DNA of 64,000 nt from Azolla caroliniana (Eukaryota; Plantae; Polypodiophyta), in assembly GCA_043228905.1 (NCBI GenBank), contig JBHGNT010000018.1, forward strand, positions 9,300,001 to 9,364,000, read 5' to 3'. Numbering within the stretch: position 1 is the first letter of the stretch; each line of letters opens with the position of its first letter. This document shows positions 39,701-50,978 of this stretch, piece by piece. The translations under genes were made by a program, and so were the position numbers. The notes below the pieces were generated by a model. That model did no database searches. It was not told the origin of the DNA and was given only the letters and a program-made list of their open reading frames with translations.

Positions 39701-41465
39701 GGATCAAGTTTCCACTATAGATCTTCGAATCTATCAAAAAATAAATATAAAAGAGGATGACTCACATTAGCTTACGTACACATGCAAATTTATGTATGTA
39801 AATGTGAAAGAAATTGAGGGAACAAATATATTACAAACAATATTGAAGGAAACGATCAAGAGAAAAAAAGTAGTGTATTATTAAAGCAAGAGGACAATAA
39901 AAATGTAAGGTAATAATGCTCGTCGAGTTTTCATGAACCCATAAATATTTGAATTTGAACTCATACGATGTAATAGAACATAAAATTGATTGAATATAAT
40001 ATGTTTACCAAGAAACAAATGATAAAAAACAACATTTTTTGGAGTTAAGAGATGTGTGCAAGTTAGGAAAGGAATCTTGGAGGTAAATTTACAAGTATAA
40101 AGCATTTTCACTATTTAAATGATCCATGAAAGATAAATAAGAGTGTTAAATGACTAGACTTTCAACGATCCTTTTCAAAGTTGTAGCATTCTCTATTGGG
40201 TACCAAAATCAGCCCTCAACTTCACATTTTACAAAAGTGGTGTATATATTAAAACAAGATGACAATACAAATGCACGGTAATAATGAAATATACATGCCT
40301 ACTTGTGATTTATTCTTGTCTATTCTCATCATCTTTTTGTGCTTTTTTTGTGCTAGGATAATTTGTTGTGCATAATTCCCTCCCAATTTTCAACCTATCC
40401 TCCACTACATGTGTTTGAAATACATGTTGATTCTCATCTTAAATTTGTCGATTCATCTAGTTATATTGTAATAAGTAAATAGTATTTCAGATTCGTCTAA
40501 TTTGTTTATCATAGTAGCCCCTTGATGATGATGATGAAGAAGCGCAAATCTCTTTCCACACCTAGTTCCCTTACATCTTCACAACTTCATGTTCACCCAC
40601 TAAAAAGAAGTGTGAAGATTCAACCCTTTTCTCCAATGCACATACTTTGCAATGTTCCCACATCTTTGCCTTACAATGTTCAAGAGACGTTTAAGAAGTG
40701 ATCAAATCACTTGATAATTGACAATGTCATACATGAATGTTTGATTGTACATTGCGATGTATTGCAAAATGAATCACTTCATTATTGTTACATTTTATGA
40801 ATGATCTTAAGGTCTTATTGTCATCAAACTACGTACATGAAGCCTACACTTATTAATATGAATATTCTGGAGTAAAAACATACAATCTAGAAGGAAAATA
40901 AACAAGGTAATGGCAAGTTCACATAATTATATGAGAAAATGGATTGAGGGTACAATACCCTAATACTTAAAAAAGTGCACTCACCCCGCAATAGAGAGCA
41001 GCGAGTGACGAGCAATGAACAACTCCTAATGAGCAGTAAGTAACGAGCGGCAAGTAACGTGGGGGAATCAACGAGTGGTGAACGACGAGTAACGAATGAT
41101 GAGCGACGAGCGACAAGCGAACATTAGCAGGTGTCGAGCAGCAATCAGTGAGCGACGAGCGACAATCAACGAGCGGCAATCAGTGAGTGAGGAGCGGCAA
41201 TCAGCGAGCGACAATCAACGAGGAGGGAGCAACGACCAATGAGTAATTACTAATAAGCAACAAGCAGTGGGCAATGTGCAGTGACTTGTGAACAATGAGT
41301 AGTGAGGAGCGTTCACAAGTAATGAGCAACGAATAACAAGTAGTTGCTCGCAAACAACGAGGAATTAGGAAGGAGGAACGACAACGATCAATGAGCAACG
41401 AGGAGGGAGCAGTGAGGAGCAAGCAACGAGGAGGGAGCAACGAGCGACAAGGAGGGACTCGGGAG
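36715..41465 (-). mobile_element. Decayed hAT-superfamily DNA transposon (ZNF862-like transposase)
   Basis: Transposase pseudogene plus TIR-like CA(A/G)(C/T)GTTGGGCAAAG at 36715; ACGAGCG-rich subterminal-like region at 40990-41465; boundaries uncertain. Confidence 0.65.
37400..39550 (-). pseudogene. hAT transposase, ZNF862-like (TTF-type zinc finger, DDE core, C-terminal dimerisation region), frameshifted
   Basis: GAKNFKTSTLEEHARSVAH, WFGLMVDEATDVSVTKNL, GFGIDGASVMVG, SLHCCAHRTNL, SRWLS, HFLADVL. Confidence 0.85.
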
Positions 41466-41770
41466 CAATGTTGGGCAAAGTTCCAAGAACAGTGTTAATG
41501 TTCTAGTTCAATTGGAACTTTTGCCGGCCAAGGTGGGAGAGAGCTAGAATTGATTCCGGCTAGAATTTCCCAATAATCAGAATCTAGCCGGTTCATATTT
41601 TTGTAACCGTCTATTTACGCATTTAAAAAAAAAAAAAAGTTAAAAAACCGAATTTCCCTCTTTCCCCCTCTTTCACTGTGTTTCTTCTTGATTCCCCCAT
41701 TGTTTTTCCCTCTTTTTCCTCTCTTTTCCTGTGTCTGTGCTATCTCTTTGATTTCTCTCTTCTCTATCTA
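41466..41770 (+). repeat. Diverged direct copy of the terminal region 36715-37020
   Basis: caatgttgggcaaagttccaagaacagtgtta...tttgccggccaaggtggg...gaattgattccg...agaatctagc. Confidence 0.8.
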
Positions 41771-41895
41771 TTGCATGTGCCTTCCACTCAAGAATCGAAA
41801 GTCAAGACTTGACAATCAATACGCAGGTAACTATACATATATATCTTGCTTCTGTCAATAATAGCTTATTTTTAAATGTTCTGTTTGCAGAAGTG

Positions 41896-42475
41896 CGTAA
41901 GATCTATGTATTGATGGAGTTAACTCCTCGATGTTGTTTGTTGAGTTCGGACCGGTGTATACCCTTTTGATCGCGAATCAGGTGAAGATGGTTGTCGGAC
42001 ACCTCCAAGCCTCAGACTCACTTAATGATTAATAGATGATTAAGCACGATATCTCTCTCACTCTCTCAAGCTCGCTCTCATAGACAATAGGGTAATGAAT
42101 ATAGACAATAGGAATAATGAATATGTTATTAACCCTCTTTGCTAAGAGGTCTAACACCAACAAGGAAGAGAGATTAGTGTTTTCTAACTAAACACTTCAC
42201 TAATCTCTCTTAAGCTTAAAGGTTACAAGAAGGAGTAGAGGAAGCTCTAGCTCTTAATCAATAGGGAGATCTTTACAAATGGAAGAACCCTTACAAAGCC
42301 ACCACTATGTGGTTTATATAGCATTTACATTTAGGGTGTGGACCTTTCCCACTTGGGTGTCCCTTAGTCCTCTTTCCTCTTGCCGTTCCCTCTTCGTAGG
42401 TCCTTTAGCTATACTACGTCCTTGTCGATGCGCTCTTCTTCATTACCGGTTGTGGTGTGATCCCATCGCTTAACA
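41896..42475 (-). repeat. 3' LTR of the Athila-like element
   Basis: Starts TGTTAAG on minus after the PPT; TATA ctatataaa on minus at ~42314-42322; terminal ~110 bp match 63792-63900. Confidence 0.75.
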
Positions 42476-42599
42476 TCCCCCATACCGGGTGGTTGTGTTG
42501 CTTGAATGCGCAGGTGTCATAAGGGCCAGAGTTGAGGAGTATGAGTAGTACTTGCAAAAAACGAAGACTGGCTTGAATGTCGGGGTTAGGGACGTCGAG

Positions 42600-43359
42600 G
42601 TACGTACGAAGGAAACGTCGCATGACCTGGATCATTCTAGCTTCCGTTGGAGATGTGCACGGGGGTCATGGAAACACGAGCCAGTTGAACTGGAGGGTGG
42701 ATAGTCGTGTTTGGGCTGCTTGAAAGTCGCGCCACGGCCAACAATGAGGGAGGGAAGAAAAGGTGGGGTTGGCGCGCATGTCGGGAGGGTGGATGGCAAA
42801 CCATTCCCGAAAGGACGCATGATCAAACCAGGGGAGGCACCATGGGGGTTGGATGCTAGGTGGTTCAATGAGGGGGTCGACCACTGGGTGGTGCCATCCT
42901 CGAGTTGAGGTGGGGTTTGCGGCCGCCCAAGTAGACATCTTATCTCGGTAAACGTGTGGGAAAAGGAAGATGTCGACTTGGGGTTCGGAGGCGACTTCGG
43001 GGTAGTAGGTGTAGAGGCGGGTGAGGAGTAGGGGGGTCTCACAAAAATCAAACTCGCAGGGGATGGGTGCGGCAGAATGGTTATCGAGGCGGGTGTCCCA
43101 ACCTGTACCGTGTTCGATGTAATCGAGAGCTGCTTGGAGGCCGTGGGTGAGTTGGTAATGATCGACCAAATCAGTGTAGAATGCCGCAACATTGAATCGG
43201 GCGCTCGTGTCGTGTAGTAGCGGGGGTGTAGTGAAGATGGGAGAGGGGAGTTGTTGGTGGAGCATGAGGTGTGCGAGGGGGTGGTTGAAAGGGAGGGCTT
43301 TGCGGAGGATGACATCTGTGAATGCCCAACTGGGGTGTGTGACAGCTCGTGTGTGGAGT
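42600..43359 (-). pseudogene. Unknown W/P/H-rich ORF in the 3' region of the Athila-like element
   Basis: ORF 42666-43265 (199 aa) with protein-like composition; no recognised domain. Confidence 0.4.
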
Positions 43360-44859
43360 TGTTAACCGTTTCTTGGGGGAAAACACCTTTGATGAGCCCA
43401 CAGGCTATCAGTATCAAGGGGTCGTGTTACGTGGAGGCCTCTTCTACACCGAGAAGATGTTATGGGAATGAGGAGCGTACAAGGCTACAACCCGTTAGAC
43501 ATAGAAGTAGGTCGGTTTATGAGTACGGAGAGACTACACAGATAAAGGAACAGTAAGAGCGAGATTTATATTAAATGAGAAAGCTCACAGTGATTACAAT
43601 ACGCGGCTCTCGGCCGGAAACAGTTTTGTGCAGAGCTCCACGCTACGATATTAATCTTGCTAAATAATCTATGTATCTCCCCCCCTCGAGGTATGTAGAT
43701 CTCGGTTTATATAGTTTTCTTCCTTAGACAGAACCGAGCCATCGGTTGATTGTGAGGGTTTAAAACTCGACTATTTTAGTTCTACCTATTTCCTCACCTA
43801 CTTTTTTTTTTCCCATAAAAATATGCTCCATTAGTATTAATAAAAAGCCAAAGGCAATATACAAATAGTACATAATACTGTTTCCTCTGCACAAATACAT
43901 ATTATCAAAAAACTACATTGTTGCCAATAACACCTTTGCTAGCAGAGCACATATAAACCTTGAGAAAATTCCATTGCTATGTCAAGCTATAAGACCACAT
44001 ATAAACCTTGAGAAGGCCTCCACTTTAGCACGAATAAGCCTCTTTATCACCTCTTTTCCATTCACCTTTGCTTGAACATGTGGGACATTGTCCAACCAGA
44101 ACCATTCTCTGCCATTTAACTTCTTTGCCACTACCATTGATTTATATTCCATGGGATCATATGCTGAAAATGTACGATGTTTTGGAGAAATCTCGATGAG
44201 GCAGCCATAGAACAAATCAAACAGCCATAGAACACATCAAAACCCATAATGAAAGCCCATAATACCGCCACCTCCTTCTTTCCCTTGAAAACAATTGGGT
44301 ATTCATCACAGACTCAACTAGTTTCTCTTTGGCATCCCATCTGCTTTTCTTCAATCTCCTACAGAAACTGGCTCAATCTCATACAGAATAAGACAAATTA
44401 AAATGGCTCAACGTCATACAGAATAACACTCAGTTTTGTGCCCGTTCCTTGGCCTTTAACTTTCCCATGTGATGTGTCCTTTTCTACTAGTTTGGCAGTA
44501 AAAATCCCCTCTCTCCAATCAAGTTGTTGAGGTAATCTGCTGCTTCTTGGTCGTAGTCTTCTTCTAGCTCTATAAACATCGGCTTAAACATTGCCAAAAA
44601 ACCTGGTTTCTCTTTAGCTTGCCGATCTTCTCAGTATTTATATATCTTTCTCTGCCTTTTTCCAATGCAAGATTCATAACCTGTCCAAACTCTTCGACCT
44701 GTAAACATCGGCTTAAACATTGCCAAAAAACCTGGTTTCTCTTCAGCCTACCCATCTTCTCAGTCTTTATATACCTTTCTTTGCCTTTTTCCAATGCAAG
44801 ATTGAACCTGGTTTTGAATTGGGATTATATCTTGTTGGTAAACCTGTGTTAAGAATAAA

Positions 44860-45480
44860 ATCAGTCCAAAAGTTTCCTCACCCACTCATGATAATTGGCT
44901 TCAACCCTCCCCACCATCTTCACTCATCCTTAACACAACAAATATTTCTTCATTTAGTTGACATCAACCATCTCACCGATTAACATGGTTCCAATGTCCA
45001 CGCATATCCTGTATTAATCAACAAAAATTAGTCTAAACGTTTCCTCACCCACTCCTGATAATTGGCTTCGACCCTCCCCACCATCTTCACTCATCCTTAA
45101 CCCAGAAAAATTTCTTCGTTCAGTCGACATCAGCCATCTCAGCAATTAACATGGTGCCAGTGTCCATGCATATCTTGTATTAATCAACAAAAAATTAGTC
45201 TAAACGTTTCCTCACCCAGTCGTGCTAGTCGGCTTCGACCTCCCCACCATCTTCACTCATCCTTATCACAAAAAAGTTTTCTTCGTTCAGTCCACATCAA
45301 CCGTCTGGCTGATTAGCCTCATGCCAATGTCCATGAAAAAACCTCACCCATTCATGATAGTCGACTACAACACCCCCATCATCTTCACTCATCCTTATCA
45401 CAAGCAAAATTTCTTCATTCAGTCCACATAAGCCATCTCGCGTATTAGCATCTTGCCAATGTCCACGAAGTTCCCCATCA
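44860..45480 (-). repeat. Four diverged ~150-170-bp tandem units in the LINE 3' region
   Basis: Recurring cctcaccca...ccatcttcactcatcctta...tttcttc.ttcagtc.acat...ccaatgtcca. Confidence 0.85.
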
Positions 45481-45739
45481 ATTAGCTCATTGTTATCGAG
45501 TATCCCCAATAGCTTAAACCTACATAAACAAAAATGAATGCATACACTGTTGTCCTTATGAAACAACCTTATCATTCATCCTATCTAAGGGATGAAGATC
45601 ATCATCCCTATGTAAGGTAAAGCATCTGCTTCACTATCCGCACCAAACATATCGGAGATTACCGAGAAAAAATTCTTTTATGAAAAAACTCTTACTATGC
45701 ACCCCAATCACCTCTTCCATGTTGAGTCATGTTGTATGC

Positions 45740-46489
45740 TCTAAGGACGGTGCTGGTGGCGGGAACAACCAACGAGGCGGTATGTAATTCCACTTAACAT
45801 TAGTCTCTGCATCCAACATGATAGGGATAGATTACCAAACTCTTCTAATTCTCCTTCTTTTTTGACTAGTTGTGTTTCCTGATCCCTTACAACTGTCATA
45901 ATCACCTTTAACTGTATGAACCAATAAGTCCCAAAAAGACTTAACTTGTTCTACAACATGAGTATTTTCATCCTTTAATAGCTTGGAACACTTAGCTTTC
46001 CAAAGAACCCATAAACCCAAAGAGGAAACAATTTGCCACACATAACTCCGCGAAAAGAACTTGATTCCCTGCAAGGAACTTGAGGTAGCATATACTTGGA
46101 ATACTTGAAAACTTCTCACATGTACAAACAAAGAAGAATGCTGATAATGATAAAAGGCCGTTTGTTGATCCAACATTCCCCAAAAGACTGTACCCCACGT
46201 GAAGATAACGGAGGTATACTTACGACCTAAAAGTCTAAGAATTCGAAACCAAAACCTTTTAGCGAACACACACTCCCAAAATACATGATGCAGTGACTCA
46301 GATGCAAACCCACACATAACACATGACCGATCACTCACAGGACCCCTCAATAGTTCACCTACTGGCAATGCATAGTGAATCATCAACCAGCGGAAATGCA
46401 ATATCTTATTCATACATTTAGTTACCCAAAACCTTTTCCAACACATCCTCATATGAGAGGAGGAGACATTACCTTCCTCCCAATACTTT
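45740..46489 (-). pseudogene. LINE ORF2 C-terminus (zf-RVT)
   Basis: KILHFRWLMIHYALPVG...CVMCGFASESLHHVFWECVFAKRFW...LWVLWKAKC...WNYIPPRWLFPPP. Confidence 0.88.
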
Positions 46490-46564
46490 TTTCCTCACCT
46501 ACTTTTCTACCTACCGGCGAGTTTACATATTTTGTATTTATATTTCTGGCCTATGGACAACACC

Positions 46565-46581
46565 TGGCATGCCTGTGGGAC
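46565..46581 (+). promoter_or_regulatory. Inverted tRNA-Arg(TCT)-like PBS occupying the PPT position of element B
   Basis: TGGCATGCCTGTGGGAC versus recalled consensus TGGCACGCCC(A/G)GTGGGAC; 2 bp from the LTR terminus. Confidence 0.75.
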
Positions 46582-46708
46582 AAGACTTTGTTCGTCGGAC
46601 CCACGATTCACAAAGTGGAGGGATAACCACAGATTTTGCCAAAATCAACAAATTTTACAAAATTGCCCTTTTTTTACAAGGGTCTTACGGGTTTGTTTTA
46701 ATCCTCTT

Positions 46709-49100
46709 CTAATATGCCGAGGATATCCTTGGGGCGTGGGGTTGGTTTGGCTGCACGGAAGGTGGGGTTGGTGATGGGGTTTTTGCTGCCGAGTCCGGGA
46801 TGGCTATGTCGCCGCGTGCACCGCCCTCTGTTGGTTCCAATTCAGGCAAGGTCGTGGTCGTAGTTTGTGGCTCGGTTGTGATGTGGGTGTCTGTAGGGGC
46901 GGGTTCCTCCTGTCTAGCTTCCGTGGTGGTTGGCTCTGGTTCGTGCTCATCGGTCGTGGGAGCTCTGTTAGTCACGGTAGCTATGCGTTCCTCCTCGTAA
47001 GCTTTGGCTTCTAAACGGAACATCATTTGATCATCGTTGAATTCCTCTAGAAGTTGCTCGATGGCCACGGTGTGGGATGCTGCTAAGGTATGATATTCCT
47101 TAGTCAAGTCTTCATGGAGGGTTTGGATGCTGGTGTCATCCATCTTGTAAAACCCTCGGCCCGCCTTCCTTCGGTTCTTGGCATCCGCGCGTAATATGTG
47201 TAGTTCAGCGGCTTGGGCTGACCATTCCTACCATACATGGTCGAGCGTTTTCTCGATCTTCTTGGTGAGTTGTTGGCGATATTTGTTGATCAGGATCTTT
47301 ATTTTAGTATCGTCCATGCCGATGCCAGCTTGGTGAACTTCCATTTCCTCCCTTGCGGCCTGGGCGTCTTCTTGGCATTTGCGGATGAGGAGTGCTAGAG
47401 TAGCTTGGTTATCTTTTGCTTTTGTGGTTACGAGCGTGATTGTCTGCTCGTAACGTTTGGTGAGCTGAGCTACAGTTTCGTCCATTTCCTATCTCCAAGT
47501 GTCGCGTTGTCATTCCCTGGCGGCGATGTCCTTTGTTTGCAACTGGTGATAAGCATCAGAAATTTTCGCCCTATGCTCTTCAGAGATCCTCCACTTTTGC
47601 ATGTGTTCGTTTGCCAATTCTTGTAATGCCCTTTGTTGACAACGTAATTCCTGGTTGTCTACGAATAGCTTGCGTTCCCGTTGACTATTCCTCTCTACTT
47701 CTTTGATGAATCGTTCTTTGGCCTCGGTGATAGAGACCTGAAGGTTCATCACCTCTCTTTCTTGTGCTTTGAGTGCGGCCAAGCATTCAGCAAGAAGTCG
47801 CTTGAGGTCAGCTTCACAGCCCGTGGCTTGTTCCCGTAGTTGGCCCATCATGTTGTTGTGGTTTTGTTCTGCTAACTTGGCCAGAGCGATCTGGGCCTTA
47901 AGCTCCTCTTGGTACTCACGGAGGGGAGGCTCTATCTGGGTTGCAGCTTGCTGGTTCTGGGGATTGGGTTCCCTGTCCATCTATGTAGATCTTTCCATGA
48001 CGATAGGTGGTTGTGGCGTTTGCGTCGAGGCGTGGCTGGTTTGGGGGTGCAAGCTTTTATTTGCCAGTGACGATGTCTCGCTTGTCTGTACCGAATCCGT
48101 CATTGTGCTTGCATCAACCGTGGCTACCCTGGGGTGAACTATGTTGTTGTTGTGTGCTTCGGTAATAGTACCACTTAGGCTCGGGTTCGGAAGAGGGGCT
48201 GGTGAGAAATCGTTACTCGGGGCAGGGAGGCTTAAGGGCGGTTGTTCTTGATGTTGCTGCTCCAATGACGCCAGTTTCTGCTCGGCGGCTTGCCATAGCT
48301 CGGTGGCCCGTTTGGTTTACTGCTGTGTCGTTTTGATATGTCGGGCCATGTCCTTGGCTGCCCGAGTTGTGTGGTGCAGATTTTGATATGCCTCGACTAA
48401 GGCCGTGTTTAGATCTGGTAGCTCCATGAGGAGAGAAGCATTATGTGCTTGCTTCTTCCGCCCTATTTTATGTAAGGCTCCATCCTCGTGAGGTTTGATT
48501 TCTCCCATTAGAGCGCGTTGGATCATCTTTGTTTCCATGTGCTCCTCGGCCATACGAGCTGTGGCAACCACTTGGGCGCGCGTGAAGAAATCCATTAACT
48601 CATATGTTGTGCCCAGTCGAAGTAGTGCACTGAACTCATATGCCTCTACGGGGAGGTCTTTGTAACCGAGGACTTCCTACTCTGATATTTGCGTGGTTTG
48701 TCCATGCTCAATCCTACCTATTTGGAGCCATGACTCTACTAGTACCATGGCCGTGGAGGTCGGGTTGGCCTCCTTTGATTTTTGATGCTGGGTCCCCTTG
48801 GTTTCTGTGGTCGACTCACGATTGATGCGTCATCTCGTTTTCAGCTGATCTTGTGCGTCTGGGGCCTATGGTGTTGGCTCTTCGGTTTGTTTCCTCTTTT
48901 GTTGCCGTATGCCCGAGGGCTGCTAGTTTGTGGGGCGTGGGCTCGGTTGTGGAGAGGGTATCGATGTCCTTGGTGTCTTTTGTTGTATGGTGACATCCTC
49001 AGTGTTGGGCTCCTCGGCCTCGTCCCATTCGACATGGGTCACTGGTAACGCTCGTTGCTCCTGTGTTTTTGGTGGGGGTGTTGCCGAGGTGGGAGTAGGA
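46709..49100 (-). pseudogene. Coiled-coil accessory ORF of element B, homologous to 22377-24214
   Basis: YEFSALLRLGTTYELMDF, EWSAQAAELHILRAD, GRGFYKMDDTSI, LEAKAYEEER; in-frame stops. Confidence 0.75.
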
Positions 49101-49109
49101 TTCCGATAG

Positions 49110-49900
49110 ATCGGGACTGACAGATTGGACAATGTGGCTGGTGAGGGCACTCGAGAGCCAGATGGCCTGAGCCCAAGCAAGCTGTGCATTGGAGGGCTTA
49201 TCAGAACAGATTGTCCTCCTGAGGAAGGGTACTTTGCAAAGAGCCCATGGAGAAAGTCGTGTTATGCTGTGTCCGATTGATGGCGAGGACGCGTGTAATG
49301 ACTTGCTCGATTGTCTGGTTAGAAAAATTGGTAAGTGTGAGAGTCGTCCGCAGAGGCTCCCGTAGGCTAGAAAGGAAGGTGTCTAGAATGTGATGTGCGG
49401 AGACATCGTCGGCCAGTTGTCGTTAGAGATCTTGAAACCGGATCGTGAACTGGGCGACCGTCTCGTGAGGTTCTTGGCTCATGGAAAAGAACTGCCGGAG
49501 TAGTTCGCGCTTCGAAACTTCGCGAAACTTTGTTCAGACTTCCTGGAACGTTGTGAATTCCCCCATGTCGAGGCAGGAATACCATTGAGCAGTCGGGCCA
49601 TCGAGGGATAGAACAAATTCCGCGATTTTGGAAAACTCGATTTTAGTAGCCGATAACCGCTGCGTGGAGTGGTTGGCCTGCCATGTGGACACGAAAGCAC
49701 GGGTGTGCGATTCCGTGTCGGGGCCGTCTGTGTATCGTGGGTAAGGGTAAGGCATGGTATCGAGGTCCTAGTCTTTAGGTAAAGCCGGAAAAGGGTTAGG
49801 GTCAGGTTGGGTGACCTCTGTAGGGCTTGGCGGGGAGATCGGTGCGGAATCAACTCGCGACTAGGTATCAGGTGGCGAGGATTGCAACCGGTGAGCCTTC
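49110..49900 (-). pseudogene. gag of element B
   Basis: YPRYTDGPDTESHTRAFVSTWQANH, IAEFVLSLDGPTAQWYS, QEPHETVAQFTIRF, knuckle CTACLGSGHLALEC and a truncated second knuckle CPIC. Confidence 0.82.
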
Positions 49901-50060
49901 AATAGTTCCTGGAAAGATTGGTCAGTGACCGCAGAGTCGGAAGTTCCTTCGACTGGCTCAGGGCGTCGGGCAAGTGGCCGAGACAACGTGATGCGATTGG
50001 GCGCCGTAATGGCGGCTGAGGTTTGCCTCCTACGTAGTTCATTGTGACCTTGCAGCTGTA

Positions 50061-50073
50061 ACCAGGCATGCCA
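50061..50073 (-). promoter_or_regulatory. Canonical-position PBS of element B (tRNA-Arg-like TGGCATGCCTGGT)
   Basis: 5 bp inside the 5' LTR end at 50079 and upstream of gag. Confidence 0.72.
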
Positions 50074-50978
50074 AATTGTGTTAACCGTTTCTTGGGGGAA
50101 AACACCTTCGATGAGCCCATAGGCTATCGGTATCAAGGGGTCGTGTTACGTGGAGGCCTCTTCTACACCGAGAAGACGTTATGGGAACGAGGAGCGTACA
50201 CGGCTACAACCCGTTAGATGTAGACGTAGCTCGGTTTACGAGTATGGAGAGACTACACAGATGAAGGAACAGTAAGAGCGAGATTTATATTAAATGAGAA
50301 AGCTCATAGTGATTACAGTATGCGGCTCTCGGCCGGAAACAATTTTGTCTGGATGAGGTAGGGTTAGGGCGTGGGGGTGGTTGGTTGTCGGGATCATTGG
50401 GTGAATCGGGGTCCCACTCCGGGTTGATCTCAGGCGGGGGGTGAGTGGGGTGCGGGGGTAGGAGTGCATGGGCACGAGCCTCGTCAAAAGTCATAAGTTG
50501 ATACTCACAAGAGACGTTGAGGTAGAGGGCTAACTCTTGTATGTCGTCAACCTCGAGATCAATGGGCTAGTTGAATGCGGCACATTTGATGCTGAATATG
50601 TGAGTACGAACCCCGACGTCCTAGGCGGTTTGCCAAGCATGTATTAACCATAGGAAACCGAAAGGGGGTACGTAGGCAGTAGCACTCTCTCCAGTAGGGT
50701 GTGGGTGAGAGTGTGGGCGATGCGGTGTAAGTGCACCAATGTTGTGAAGAGTTGGGCGACTTAGTCTTCGTTGACTTGCATCATGACATCGGAAGGGTAG
50801 GCGAAACATACTAGGTTGGTGATTTCTAAGTCCGGGGTGATGACAGTATGGAGGTAGGCCATGCCATGCCTTCGAGAAACAAAACAGGGAGGTGTTGGGT
50901 GAAGAGGTCACTTGCCGGTGGTGAGGGCTCACGCACGATGTGTAGTGGCCAACAACTGAAGTATGCATGTGGCTTGGG

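Larger units (their letters stand above)
43802..46489 (-). mobile_element. 5'-truncated LINE (L1-like) inserted in the 3' LTR of element B
   Basis: TSD tttcctcacctac(tttt) at 43789-43801 and 46490-46502; poly(A) seen as a T-run at 43802-43811; zf-RVT ORF2 end. Confidence 0.9.
43360..50348 (-). mobile_element. LTR element B (gag plus coiled-coil ORF, no pol) with two convergent tRNA-Arg PBSs
   Basis: Direct LTRs 43360-46562 (split by a LINE, ~500 bp net, TG..CA) and 50079-50348 (truncated); PBS 50061-50073(-); inverted PBS 46565-46581(+); gag with CTACLGSGHLALEC. Confidence 0.85.
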
